Source: Bilabrum cf. latius (Eukaryota). Taken from it: a stretch of 64,000 bases of DNA. This document shows positions 25,003-40,000 of this stretch, in pieces. A program made the position numbers and the translations under genes. The notes under the pieces are model-generated. The model did not search any database, was not told where the DNA came from, and saw only the letters and a list, made by a program, of their open reading frames with translations. The stretch is taken from positions 806,001 through 870,000 of the forward strand of contig OZ237735.1 in assembly GCA_965178125.1 (NCBI GenBank). Reading direction: 5' to 3'. The first letter of the stretch is position 1; every line of letters starts with the position of its first letter.

Positions 25003-28000
25003 TCAAACGTGCTGGCCTCGTAGCAGGCTCCTAGCGGATGTGACCCCACCTGACTTGCGCACTACTACACTGAACCGCTTGCTACCGGCGTGCCTGCTCG
25101 CAGCCAGTGCCCCCCTCTTGCCAAGATCCTTTGCTTGTGCCGGCAAGCCAGGCGCATCAGCAGTGGCCTTCCAGTGGCCCGAGTCGCCATCCAGCCGCAG
25201 TTCACGCCGGGTAACTAGCTTGCCTCTCCTTGAGGACCCGCTACTAGATACACTTTCGGTCACACCCGAGGATGCGACTGCCTTCCCCCTGCTAGCTGGT
25301 GCCATGGGATTGGTGACCATAGCGGTGACCCCCTAAGACTGGCCCGGCTATGAAATGGGGCGTTGCTGCTCGTGCTCGCCACCCCGAGGTGCGTCCACGT
25401 TCGATCTAGTGCCGCGATGCAGGCCCACATCATCCTGCAACAAAGTGTACCAAAACAGCACGAACAGAATTGAGACGCATGCAATGCTACCGATGCCTAC
25501 AAGGTACGTCATGACCACTGCAGCGGATTGAAGCGCTTCGCGGCTAGACTCGAAGTCTGGATGCAACAACAGGCCAGCAATAGTGTTGAGGCCTACTGCG
25601 AGTCCTGACAGGCTCAGGATACCTAGTTTGCCTACTCGCTTCCATTGATATTCCTCCAGGAACGGTTGGCTAATTTCAAACGCAACGGCAGCCACGACCA
25701 ATACCAACACCTACAGCGATCCAGCTAGGATGGTCCGGGTAGGATCACTGGGTACCCACAGCGGTTCCAATGCCGCTAGTATCAAAAGCACAGCCCAATC
25801 AACTGCTCTTATCCACGCAGCCGAAGCTCTGTAGTCACCATCTGCAAAATAGGCGAGCCTGTTTGTTTGTCTCAAGATCAGTGACCTGTCTCGGATCGTC
25901 TCTACGACGCCGCGAGCTGCGAACGAAGATAGCCGAACTGTGACAATAGATCGGCTGCTACCGCGCGAGACGTTACCGCCCCGCTTGGATACTGCCTTTG
26001 GTACGAGGCTCTGCTCGGCTAGCCGGGTCTCCGAGCGAGCCTTCAAGCCAGATGATTTGAAAGGCAACTGCTGACCAGCCATGTAGGAGACAGACACCCT
26101 GGGGCCATCACGTTTCAGCTTGGACCCTATCGAAGGAGCGGAAGACAGGCCCTTCAGGCTGCCTGGTTTCCTGTCCTTCATACTGGCGAGTCGAGCTCGC
26201 AGGTCTGGGATACGGAGGGCTGCTGAGTCATGGGACACGGGCCCAGATGTCACTGCTTCCGGCGAGTCTAGCCGCCGCTCTGGCTCTCGACCATTTGAGT
26301 CCCCTGGCTACAGCATGATGCCATGTTGGTTGCAACATGGCAAAACCCGGAGGCATTGCTTGCCGTCTTGTATGTCCTGCCACTCCCGCATGGCTTCGTC
26401 AAATTCTCGCCCTGTTGGGCTCAGCCTGACGACCCTATCAATCTCTGGAGACACGATTCCAAGCAAGAACGCTGGTAAACCAATGATGATAGCTATCATG
26501 GCACTTGCACCAGCTATCACCGCACGAGTATGGCCAGTGTCGCCGAAACACAAAATCGTCGGATCTGAAGCAAGCAGCAGAACGCTGCCATCGTCAGGGT
26601 CGTGACCAAAAGATGCCAGAATTACCTGTGCAGGAGAAGGCTGGGAGTTTGTCGAGTTACTCAGCACCGATGCGTTCGTTCCAATATCTGCCACGTCGCT
26701 CAACAAAGCTGTCGTGAAGGTGCTTCTGTTGTTCGACCGCAAGGTTGAAAACTCATCAGCTTGGTTCTAACGCTCATCACCGACCACTGCAGCGATCTAC
26801 TCGGGTTTTCGGCAATCAAAGACTTGCACCACAGTAGAGCATACAATGGCGTACACCAATGCAGTAAATGTTAGCATTGCTCTGGCTGCCATTCCAGTGG
26901 TAGCGGACGCATCCCCTCGTGAAAGAGCACGCTATCCTGGTCCTAGGCCAACTCTAGATTGGAGAATCACACGCGCGTCCACTCGACCAGGCTGCAGCTG
27001 GTGCTGCAACAGAAGGTCATCACTGTGCTGCTAGTGAGGCTACGTTGCCTCCACAGAGTCCTTCTATTCATGATGCTTTGTTGAAGCGTTGAATAAGCCT
27101 GACAATGTACCAGCCTTCCTAGCTCGTTGAATCGGATTTTGCTGGGAGAAGCGCATGCTGGGTCGTTGAGAAGCTAGCCCAGACAACCTAGAGCTGGTTG
27201 GATGCTTTTCTGCACGATCAACAGTGCTCCGTGGCTCCGACGGGGCCGAATACCAGAACGCGAAATAGCCAGAAAGGCAAACGAGCGTAGCAAACACCAG
27301 CACGAGAATCTCCTGCGACATGCTCAGACCACCGATGCAGCTGGGGTGCACGATAGCAGAGCTCTCAAACCGAAATACATCAAGCATAGTAATAATCCCA
27401 TAGTACCAATCTGGTAGGCCCGGGCTTACGGCACGCCCTGCCTATGCAACAGTCTGGAGCAGAGCTGCAGCATACAGACAGAACTATGCGGTCCGTTTTG
27501 CAGCAACCTTCAATGAAAGCCCTCGAAGCTGTGCAACTAAGCCGACTGCAAGGACAAGGACGGTAAACGTGACAGCTACTCCTGCAGCATACAGCAGCAT
27601 GGGCTGTACCAGCAGCCAAGCCGATGGAGATGTCGGGCACAGTTCACATCTTCCGCTTGGCAAAGGGTACCTACCATCTTCGCACAATGAGCAGGCAGGA
27701 GATCCTTGTTTGTAGCCAGGTCCACACTTGGAAACTTCCTCGACCTGGTCCCATCCCATGCACCTCTCGGTTGCGGGTGCCTCGCATCGTAGCACCAAGC
27801 CAGACTCCTACGACTTGGTCCAATACCCAGGCAGTGGCTGCGCCTTGAACCCGCCTGGGCACACAGCCCCAACTGGACAAGGTCGGCACTAGTCTCCCGC
27901 CCCAAATGCACACACTAAGCCGGCACGCACCGCTTCGCGGTCGCTGCACAGCCCGCCGGGCTGGGGGAAACCAACGCACCTGTCGACATATTCTATCCCC

Positions 28001-31000
28001 CCACGAAGCGCCAATGCAACAGCGGCTGTCTCTGTAGATGCTAAAGCATGAGGAGAAGAGAGCGCCTGGATCGTCGAGCTAGCACTAGCTGTGTTAGATT
28101 CAGCACTTGGTGCCAGGAGCAAGCACCCACCGAGACGTGATCCTGGGCCATGCACTTGCAAGGCATTTCGCCATTCTGCCATGAAGACTTCACTGTTGCA
28201 CAGGGCTTCTGTCAGCAATTGAGTCCGCTCACGAACAGAAAGAATTGTGCCGCCGTTCTGCAGCTATCGCTTGCTGTTTATAGCACTCTAGAGGCTTTGG
28301 ATGCTCGGCACAGGCGTTGCGGTGGCACTTGGCAACCCACTCGTATTCAGCATGACAGGAGGCAGCACCAATAGCACTGGGCGTGGCCCGTTGCATTCCA
28401 GAGTGCTGCAATCGACCAAGTCTGAACGGCTGGGCAATAGGATGGTCGCAACGGTTCCTCCCGCATCAACGGATAATACCTAGGCCAAAGCTGCACCCAC
28501 ATACACGTGCATGTCTCGGGAAAGGCATGGAAGAAGTACCTGTGGATCGGCACGGGATTCTGGACAAACCAATGTTATCTCTACAGATCCAGACGCAACA
28601 ATTTGCGGACCGAGCCAAGGTATCTGATCAGGAGCACGAGTTGACACCCTCACAATGGACTGAAGCTCCGAATCACTCACGTCATTCACCGCGGCAGCAG
28701 CCGCATCGGATATTAATCTACGCTTCTCACTCGATGATTCAGATGATTGCTGTGGGCCCGTATTCCAAGATGATATATATCGAGACTTCTGCTTCAGTAG
28801 CGACGCCGCTGACCCAGGAGCTGGACTGGTTTCAGTGGCTCCCATTGCCTCGGTCCCCCATACGGCATCTGGCAAACGAAACAATAGATCTGTTGGTTCT
28901 GGCCACTGGATGGGCAGGTGAACCACACCTATCTTGAAAGCGAGCGGTTCTTGGTAGTACGACGGTTCAAGCGGGCCTGGAAGCAGTGCAATGTCCTCGG
29001 CAGTGGTCTACCCAGAGTCTCTGCCAGCTACCTAGTCGCGCAGTGTGTTTGCTGCATCAATGGTAGTACCTGCAATAACACACACAAGCCATCCGCGCCC
29101 ATTGCCATCGTATGAATTCCGTGCGGGTGAATTCTCTTGCGTTGTCCAACTGAGCGAAAGTGTCGCCGAGGTTGAAGTCGATGATCCTGCAACACCATTC
29201 GTAGCAACCGAGAAACTTGGGTTTACAACCGCAAACGTGCTAGGAATAGACTGAATTGACCCCCTGCCTGATGCGGCTGCTATCGTCTCGCTGTATATCC
29301 CTCGTTCAGTAACATATTGGCTGTCATGAGCAGCTTGAACCACACATGCGAGCACAACTGCTTCACCAGCCACACTTGGAAACGGTAGCGGCACGCTCAA
29401 AGTTGGAGACATAGCTGCAGACAGCATCAACAAGGACTCACGATCAGGATGAGCTTTCGATACATTACCCGCATACGATAGCAGCACTGCCGCAGCCTTG
29501 GCAGAGGATGGGTGGCTTGATGGCAGCCCATCAGCAATGCCAGGATCGGGTGACACCGGCGTGCTGACAACTGGTGCATCCCCAGAGCCTCCCCCAGTTG
29601 TAGGAATTGATCTACAGGATGATGGAGAGAGACTCTTCTACTCTGCTGGGCTGCCTTCCAAGATTGTGACAGCTTGCTGGCCATTCTGCCCTATTGAAGC
29701 AGCTCGGGCCAGCTGCACAAATTGCAATTCTCCGGAGCCTAGACGCAAGTCTGAAGCACTTTGAAGCACCAGAGATGCCCGAAGCTCGAGGCTGATACAC
29801 ACGCTCAAGTCAACGTCTCGGGAGCCGCGCACTCTCGTGCTATTTGCTAGGTCTCGGTCGGACACCCGCAAGGCTTCTTGCCACTCTATAGGAGCTGCTT
29901 CAACAGCTGGAACCTCGATTACCTCAGCTATTACACTGCTTATTCGAAGGAAGTAGTCCGCATGCTACCTAGATTGTGCGGCCCTAAAGACTGGGATTGT
30001 TTCACGAACTGGCTCAGCATTGATCCTGGCACCTTGACGTGCTTCGGAAGCATCCACGCCAGCGCTGGAGTTCGCTCGCGAGAACGCTACTTGGACAGCA
30101 GCAGTGGATACTGACTGAGTGCCATCCGATTCGCCTCGAAACTCAATTTCAATAGCGAGCTGCCGCGGTAAGCGTCCCATCGCCAAGAGAGCGACACGCT
30201 GAGCCTCGATATCAGCGGAGGATGATATGGACTTAGACACGACATATGCTAGTAACTCATCGGCGGATCGACCAAGAAATACAGCACCACTGCACACGTG
30301 TGCTCGAACGACCAAACTGGCACCGCAGGCTTCTGTTTGAAGGTTGCCAGGAGGCAGCGGTCGAACTCCAACGCAGTCAAAATATTCCCCAAGGGAAACC
30401 TCTGTACTTTCGTTCCGGGTGACACCAGTTGGCCAAGAGCATTTTGGTTGCATGCGTCGAGGCACGATCCAGGTTACAGGTTGGGACACTTCTATCGTCG
30501 ATGGCGCGACAAATGGTCCAGAGTCCAGTGGTAGCCCGACCATTTCATCCAGGGCAGATGCTAACGACGCTATACTGTGACGTTCCATCCTCAATCCAAA
30601 GAAAATCTCGAGCTGTATCCAAGATAGCAGCAGGCCAGGTGAATTGCCGAGTCGGATCTAACTGCCGTCAGACAGACGACCGGATACTCTCCCAGTATCG
30701 ACCAAATCGTTGGCTACTCTTGCTGTTTCTGCGACGAAAAGCTTGAACGCTTGCCCGCTTGAGGCAAAGCGAGCAAGTTTCCACGACAGGCTCATCACAG
30801 AAAAAGTATTTGGAATGGCTGCCACATCCTCTGTGCTTCCAGAGCCCAAGGCTGTTCCTACGACTGATACAATTCTACTTGATTCCCCAAGCACGTCCAA
30901 AACGTTTTCAGTGATATTCTGGCTTGAACGCAAAGGGAGCATGCTGCTTTGATTGAGTAATCGAACGAAGTCGATACTCCCATTGAGCACCGCAGAGACC

Positions 31001-34000
31001 CTGCTGTCGAATAGATCCATTGGAGTATCCACGTGCACCATCAACAGACCGTCGCTTGCCAAGGACCGGGACCCATCAATTCCAGGAGCAGGGTCGACCT
31101 GCAAATGTGACTTGTTTAGCAAACCAAAATTCGGGGCATATCCAGCACCGATACAAGCAACATCGCTCCGGAGACCCAAGTGGGGCAGACCCGGCACAAG
31201 GAAGTGTGCGAAGCAAACCCTGACCGGTACCAGTGCTACCAACTCATTGCTGCGCAGCAAAGTCTAATTCCCGCTACCCGACGAGTTAACACCACCGACA
31301 AGTGATCCTGATGGATCTCTAGCCCAAAGCCTTGACGTCCAAGACCGGACTGCGGACAGCGCTGTGTGCTGCAATCGCAGCGATGCTGGTGTTGAGGCAG
31401 AGACAGAGCACAGTACTCGCTTCAGACCATCATTGCTCCACGCACGTGTCAGGCACTACGTATCTATCCCTATAATAACTTTAGAGACGGCAATGTGTTT
31501 GATGACGTCCTGCGAAATGGTTCGCGATGTCTCGATGACTACCGAGTTGCCTAAGCTGGTCGACCTCGAAATCCGTAAGTCATCACCAGAAAGAGCGCGA
31601 TGGTTGGATATGCCCCCAGCAGCGCTTGCATTCAATTGCAGATGCTGAATTCCGCCGAAGGACCCGTTTCTGAGAGAATAAGAGCTTACAGCATCTGCAA
31701 GAAGCTCTCCATCCAAGTCAGCCAATGCAGCAATGGATGATCCGAAGTGCATCGTTAGGTCATTCAGTTGAATTTCGCCAGATAGTCTTGATAACCTGCT
31801 AGATGACAGGATCTGGGGCTACTACGATTGCCCTGGGCCAGAAATACGCAAGACCCACACCGCTCCGGAATTGTTCATGAAGCCAGGGGCACCTACCAAC
31901 ACAGTTGCTTCACTAACACCAGCTGCAAGCCCTACGCACGATACAGAGCTTCCGAACATGTCTCCCTCCGATAACAACAGGCCAGTGCCACTTCGTTCCG
32001 AGACAAGACTCACGGAAGTTGTCTGTGTCACATTGCCAACTTGAGCTACCGTAACGATGGCGACAGCCCCCGTTCGAAGACTGCCGCTCGAGTTGTACCC
32101 CGGTAAGCCGATGAGCAGATGAGTTTGGTTTGGTAAGCTCTGCTCCAGAGGAAGTACAGCAACTGAATGGCCAAACCCCGGAATACCTCGTAATCCCGCT
32201 GCCACGCCCAACTGTGCTCCAAGAAGCTCGCTGTAACTCTGCACTTGAGCATCAGCGGCAAACATTAAAACGAACAGAGAGCCTGCAGTTTGACCCTGAT
32301 TAGGAGCGTTTCGCCCAGGAGCACCAACGATTGCATCGAGGATGCCATCGCCATCAAGGTCATGCACAGCAATTGCCTGCCCAAAGCGGTCGCCGTCAGC
32401 AAGCACGGTGTGACTGGCCCACATGTCTTGGATTGAAGCAATACCTTCAACTCGACCCGTGTGCGTGATACGAACTTGAGCGACTAGCCCGGTCATGCGC
32501 TCGCCAAGTTGTGCGGTCGGTATGCCCACAAGTAGACGAGATACGTTGTCGCTCACCTGGGCTGCAGGAAAGGTAACAACAGACACTGCGAGAGGCTCCT
32601 AGGGCAGAGACCTTCCTCCAACAATGAAAGTTGAATTCAAAAAGGCAGCTCGACTTCTAAGTACGAAACCTTGTTCGTTGAGAAGTATCATTTGAACCTA
32701 GACGCCGCCTGATGCACGCAGCGAAACACGTACCAAGTCGGCAAATCCATCTTTATTGGAATCCCCAATACATGCAATCGCAGACACTTCGTCAGCACCC
32801 TGTTCATTCGCATTCACGGGAGCTTGAAGTCCCAAGCGGTGCGTCCCGTAAAGCATGTAGTCTGACGCATCTGGAGGAAAATCTGCATTCAGCTCTATCG
32901 TCAATATTAGTCTGCCTCTGGCACCAACTCCAGCATCACCTGCGATTGGAACCGCAAGATGTACTGAGCTCGAGAGCGTTGCATAGTCAAGGTGCTACCC
33001 AAAAGAAGCAAGCTATCCACCAGCTGAAGCAAAGTGGGCACCAGCAGCAGGATTAAGGCTAGCTAGTTGAGTTTGCTGCAGAACGCGGATAGACTTTACC
33101 CAGAGGTCTGTGGGACTCAGCGTCAGCACCCAAATCGCCCCCTATTCAATATGCTATAGTGTAGAATACATAAATCCAAGCACGGCGATTCCGGCTTGTC
33201 CAGTCCCATCGATATCACCCAATGCTGCGATTCCGCTGCCAAACCTAGCCTGATCCTAAAGTGGTTGCAAGAAGCCTCGGACCATGTGACCAATCCGCCC
33301 AGCGTACTTTGCAGCCTAGTGCGGCGCGTTAAACTTGAAAAGGTGGACCGCCCCGCGCTCGAACCCGACAGCGCTGTCTCTTGGGGCACCAACCAGAACT
33401 AGTCCGGCGTTATGGCAGCAAGTATCTTTAACCCAAGCAACCGAAGCTCCAAATTCTTCCTCTGCTTGCACAATAGCGCCTATTTCAGCAACACCAGGCA
33501 TGATTGATTCGCGGGTAGACACTGCTCTAGATGTGGTCAGCCACAATATGTGCACGGCACCTCGTCGAGCGTTCCCAAAAGGCTCGCCGACAATCAGCTC
33601 ATCCACGCCGTCTGCATCGACATCCGCAGCTGTCATAGCAACATTGCCAAAGCCTGGGCTACCTTGACCTAGTACGGTTGGATTCACTGAGCTTGTCGAG
33701 CCGTTCAAGTGAACGCTTGTAAGTGCTACCAGGTCAGAATCCCGAACAGTACTGTGCAGTCCATACGCCACATCAACGCTATCGGACTTTCGAACACCAC
33801 GCAAAATGGCGGCTGCACGGGTCTGATTAGGCCATCGATTTTGGGTCACGTTTCCCGAACTCAAGCTGCTGGAAATGAAGTGGGAAGGACATGCTGCAGT
33901 GGGAAGGACACAGCTAAATAGAGTGCCTGAGCCGTTTCCATCACTTCCAATAACACTCAAATACGGAACAGAGCCGTAGAACCAGGTTGAATCCGAAGCA

Positions 34001-37000
34001 ATGCGCAGCCCATCACCGTCAAAGAGATCGAAGCCTGCAGAAGGGGAAGACCCGCTTGCAACCTCGATCAAACTGGCGTTCACCAGCGAGCCTGGGCCGA
34101 TACTTGGAAGGCCTAGCACAGAGTTGTTACCCCGAAGCATAAGTACCATCAATTCTCCCCCATCCGATGATGCATACTACCCGCGCCCTAAAGATTGAGG
34201 CAATCCGACAGCCAAAGATGACACACCTGTCTCGGCAACATCGATTGGTCCTGCTAGCACGCTGCCAAACTAAGCATTGGCCCCAATGCCGACAAAAAGC
34301 CCGTTTGATCTGGACTCTATGACGCTTGAATACAGTATTGAATCGTTCTAAATGAGAAGGACGACAATGGCACCCTGCTTCGCCCGGCCTGCCGGTGAGA
34401 AACCTGGAGCACCGACGGCGAGATCCATGCTCCCGTCGAAATTCATGTCTCCCAGGCTCGCGACAGCCTGCCCAAAGCCTAACCAATGCAACGGTTGTAC
34501 GTGCCTAGAAACAAGTTTATCAGGGGGAACAAAAATTTTTACAGCGGAAGCCTCTGCGTCAGCAAGGCCTGCGATCGGTAGCTGGATAAGGTTGACTGCG
34601 CCATGGCCGCAAGTAGGCGCACCAACGACAAGGTTCACATGATCTTCGCGTATCGCATGGTCAATTCCAGCTAAAATCGCCAGGGAGGTGCCTGCACGAC
34701 AGTTGGACTGGCTACTCTGAGCAGGTATCATGCCTATCCTCGTAGAGTTTAGCTCTGGGCCTACCGAGAACAACTCAACGTGCCCGCTGTGACCACCAGA
34801 GGTTGGAGCCCCAACAGCAAGCAGATCGTTGAATCCGTCGGAATTCGTGTCTGTGCATGCAAGACTACTCCCAAACGAGGTTGAAACCATGTCTGTTGCT
34901 GAGAATGAGCTTGCAACTGCTCGCGCAAGAATCGGCTCCGCTGCACCACCTAGTCTCAACAGGATCACAACCTCCCTCCCGTCTAGAACCCCACCAACTG
35001 CTAGAGTTGAATTTTCCTTCAAGCTCTAGTGATAGCCGAGTCCACAAACACTATCACCTATTACGAGCGAGTTTGAGGCATGGCTACCTGGAAGTACTCC
35101 CAGGATGGAACTCGCAGCAATTGTGATACTGCCTGACTATGAGCCGTCAGCAAGTAGCTACAACAAGCGTAGCCCGTTAGTCAAGCCTCCGGAGCCAGCA
35201 GATCCAACGGCAACTAGGTCTCCGTATCGGCCTAGACCCCGGGTAGACCGCACAACAACTCCGACAGAATCGCCTCCCATCGGCAGAACTCTCAGAGATT
35301 CTTCTGGCATGCTCCCGAGACCACTAGCCAATCTTGAAACAGATTCGACCGATCCAACTTCGTCACGTAATCTGCAGCTCGCGCATGGAATGCGCACGGA
35401 AATCACAGACCCAACATATGAACTAGAATTGTATCCACCGGGCGGTAATCCGATAATTAGTGTAGCACTACCAGGTGCATGTCGGGATTCTCCACCTGAC
35501 TGAATTGACTGGCCCACGAGAGGAAATGCATAGCGTGGAAAAAGATAGCCCAGACTACGAGCAGGTATGTATCGCGCTGAAAGTACTGTACCGCTCGCCG
35601 TTAGATGCACCAAAGCTATGGCACCGGCGGCCAGCTACACACCATCGTTCGACTCTGGCATTCCGATACAAACATCTTCCACAAAATCACCGTTGAGGTC
35701 CGGCATTGCAGTCACAGAACGACCGAAACCCCTGATTCGATCCAAGTATAGTGATCCAAATACGTCTGACTGTGTAATCTCTTGGTGTCGGGCTACAGCC
35801 ATCGTTGAAACGTCAACGTGAATCACCCAAACAGCCCCAATCGTGGCATTGCCGACCGCCTTCCGCAAAGGGTCTCCCACAAAGACCCGACCTAATTCAA
35901 ATTGAGCAATTCCGGGTAACCTAGCCAGTGGAACACTGGCTCCAGAAATGCTACTGCCAAAGCTCAGTGTAGATGGGTTCAGAATCGAAAAGCCTGCGGT
36001 CGCCGGCATGATAACGCTGCTGCTCAATACTGTGCCATCGAAGTCAAATTTCAGTAGTACGACAGAGCCGACAGTATCTCCGCTAGCCAACGATGCCATG
36101 CTGCACCCAACTGCTAACTCATTTTCACCATCCCCGTCGACATCAAGAGCTGCGAGAGACGAGCCAAACCCAGCCGTTGAATCCAAGCCAGCTGTCAAGT
36201 TCTGCTAGAAAACCGTATGAGTCTCGAGGACAGATGCGTTTGAGGCCAGTGTTACCACCCATACCGCCCTCGTGGCGATTCCAGCAAAAAATAATCGTCC
36301 ATGCGAACTAATAGCTACGCGAGCACGACATGAAGCAGGGGCATCCGTACCAAGCGATACGACATGCCTGCCGAAGCCAAGACCCGTCAGAGCCGGTACT
36401 TCCAACCTAGGTGTCCCTCCAGGTTCCAGCCAAACAGTTCTTTGCACTTCATCCGAGTATTTATTCAGTAGCATGACTGCAACACCGCCAGCTGCAGGAG
36501 ATTGTCCGGCTGCCCTGTTGGGTGCCCCGATACAGTAGGCGTCGTTGTCCTCGCCACCAAGGTTCTCAACCACTGCAGCACTTGCTCCAAACATGTCAGA
36601 AGCCTGTACCAGTGGAGCACCAAGCTTGCCGGGCTGAATGCTAGCCTAGACTAGGAAAGATGATTGAGTTGTACCAAATGTAATACGGTCCAAGCCAGCA
36701 AGTTGCATGAGAGAAAACTGTGGGGTGCAACCGACATCGCCCAGGGCTTGTGAAGCAGACCCCGCAACAGCCAAGCTGTGGCGTCCATAAATGCTAGAAT
36801 CCTACACGGCAACTAGAGGGTTCACAAGGAAAGAAGGATTTGAGACAAAAGCTGCAATTCTCCCACCTGCTGGCGAGAGGACGAAGTGGTGCGAGGCAAC
36901 ACCGTTGGGCAACATCCGATGGACAAACAGCTGCCCGTTACCGCCATCGAAGGTCTGTCCAGGAGCACTTACAATAAGGTAGGTCAAGTCAGTGTTATCT

Positions 37001-40000
37001 AAGCCTCTTAAACTCGTCAAGTACCGCCCAAAGTGCGCGCCATCCTGCAAGTCGATAGGGACCGTACTGCCCGACCCAGCTGAAATGTACACCACATCCT
37101 CCACTATAAATGCAGTAGTATTTAGCACGAAGACTAACACAGAACCGGTCTCATTTCCGTGTGCGCTATCTTTGAAGGCGCCAACGGCTAGCGTCACAAA
37201 CCCTGGGCTACCAGTCATACCAATATCTTCCTCGCATAAGTATGCTGTCATAGAGCTTCCAAGCTCTGATCCGGGTGCTACCAGCGGAAATTGTAGTGCC
37301 CATCCTTGCTACGACCCGATGATTTTTTGTAACTCCGGCTCCAGTGACGATGCATCAACGCTGATCAGATGGATAGCGCCCCTGGAGCCATCCGCACCCG
37401 GAGCACCTACTGCCAACAGTAGCATCGATGCGTTCGACTAGATACCAGTGCTGCTAGCAGGAATAAGGCATACCGATGCACCAAATTGGTACTGATTTAC
37501 AATAACAAACCCTGAAATGATTGATCCGGGGCGCACTATATGAACATGACTCGGCCAGCCGTCAGGCTCGAGTTGAGCAAGGACAACAGCACCGACGCCC
37601 TGACTTCCGCGAGTTGAAAAACCCGGTGAGCCAATAGCCAAAATTGGCAACGTTTCGTTGCTAGCATGGTTGCAAGCTAATGATGCTCCAAACTACGCAC
37701 CGCTCCAATTTCCAAAGAGCTGTATAGCTGAGGGCTCAAATTGAACCTCTTGGGAAACTTGATGCTAGTTCAGTCGAGATACCGCAACAGTCCCACCGGC
37801 ACCTGCCATGGGATACCCGATGGCAACATCGCCGAATTCGTCTCCATCAATACTTCCAAGCGAGCAAATTGAAGCTGCGCTGAAATCGATGGTTTCACTT
37901 GCTTCAATGGATCCAGCCATGCAAGTGCTCGTCCTGGGCACTGACACGATTTGGCTTGCTTTGAACGGATTGCTGTATGTGTCCCCGACTCGCGTGTCCA
38001 CCAGAATGGTGTCACTAGTATTCCTCGAACCAATAAAAACACGATTTGTGATTGAATTGGACGTCAACTTTGAGACAGCAAATCCAAAGTCAACCAACGA
38101 GGCTCCAGCATACTGAAGGGCGGGTCCGGATTCTGGGCCAAACTGCCCATACACTGACGCCGACTTCGCCGCACCACTGTCGCCAAGCAAAACTGCAGCA
38201 ACATGTCCTACACGGCCATTAGTTTCCCTGAAGCTAACGTATAAGTCAGGGCGGCCGTCTTGGTCAAGGTCGCCAGCAGCTCCCAAACCTCGTCCGAGAC
38301 GCGTGAAGTCAACATCCACGGCTGGTGAGGTACTTAGCGATTCTGGCAGCAAACGAGAGAAGCTGACGATGCTGCTTGCATCGTCAATAAAGAAAACCCA
38401 CACCGACCCAGTCTTAGATAGAACATTGTGACCAGAAAATGACTGCCCAACAGCCAAGGTCACGGTTCCATCCGCCGTATTTTCTCCAAGGAACGCGACA
38501 GAGTCACCAAAGCGTCCGTTTGTCTCAATGCCGGCACTGAGCCCAGGGCTCTGCGACGAAATATTTAGGACATGTTCGTGAGAGCTGGTTGAAATACGGT
38601 AGACCAGAACTGCTCCTTCATCACTGTTGAGTTTCGGAGCGCCAACAGCTAATAGAGTGGTCCCTTGCACCAAAGACCTGCTTGAGGATCCCAAAACGTT
38701 GACATTAACAGAAACTGATGCACCAAATCTGTCCTGACTTCCAATGAAACTCGGTGGCACGATTTTCTGCAGCTGGGTCGGTGCCAAAGAGGCGGCCGAC
38801 AACTAGATGAGCCAGACAGCTCCTAGCTTCATCTCGCCACGTCCTCCAGGCGCACCAACTACGATCAATGGCAAAAACTCGCTGGAATAAAGTCTCGCCC
38901 GGGTACAGCTGGTCCCAAACCGACTCCCAGCCTGCAAGTATCCCTATCGAAGGCTCTCATTGAGGTGCGTCCGGCCGCTGATCTCGGTGATTCGATCAAA
39001 CTCGAGGTTAGGCTCTGTACGGTTAACGTGAAACAAGAGGACTGCACCGATATTGTCATCAACACTGGGAAGACCAATACACATAGCTTCTGGCGAGTCA
39101 ATTCTAGACCAAGAGAGGAGACTCATGGCTTGAACAAAGTCACCTGCTTGGAACCGTGTTCGCTGCTGCAGCAGGTCGGACACGCTCAGCATACTGGTTG
39201 AACGGACTGCAGTGGCCGATGATTCACTTCTCTCACCACGCACAGCAACTGAGTGAATGGAACCAACAGAGGAGCCATCTGCATGGCCGATTACCAAGTC
39301 TGGCATTCCGTCCCCATTCCAATCCGGGACGCTTGCAAGACTGCTGCCAAAGGCAGGCGAGGGAGTCAGGTTGAAGTCTGCGAGCCACGATGATGTAGCC
39401 CCGTCGATCCTTGACACATGTAACACGTTAAAAGTCGTTCCTGATATTTCAAAGATCCACACGATTCCGTGCAAGCTCCCAGCACGTTTAGCATCCGGGC
39501 TGCTCACAGCCACTACCATCGTTCCCGAGTGCCTCTGCTGCACCGCAGCAACACAGTGCCCAAACCCACGATGCAAAACGTCTGGATCATCTATCGACGC
39601 GGGAGCTGACAGTGATGCTACATCAAGTACATCCATTGATTTTGACAAGGACACCACGTAGACCCTTCCTGTGACCTCTGCCCTCGGCGCACCAACAGCA
39701 ATGGAGTTGCTGCCATCCGTCGTCCTCAGCCCCCAAAACTATGCACTGCTACCGAACAGGCCGCCGTGAGACAACATGGCAAGCTTTGCTGACGACTATG
39801 CACTTAGCTCCGCGAAGCGTAGGACAGTTGAAATATTGTTGGACACAACAAGTGCGAATAGTGAGCCAGAGCCTCCAGGCGCACCAACCAGGATCTCACT
39901 GCGACCGTCATGGTCAATGTCCACAAAAGATACTGCTGCTCCGAATCGATCGCCCGGTTGAACCACGGGTAGACTACCATGCAGTGCGTGTGCACTTTGG

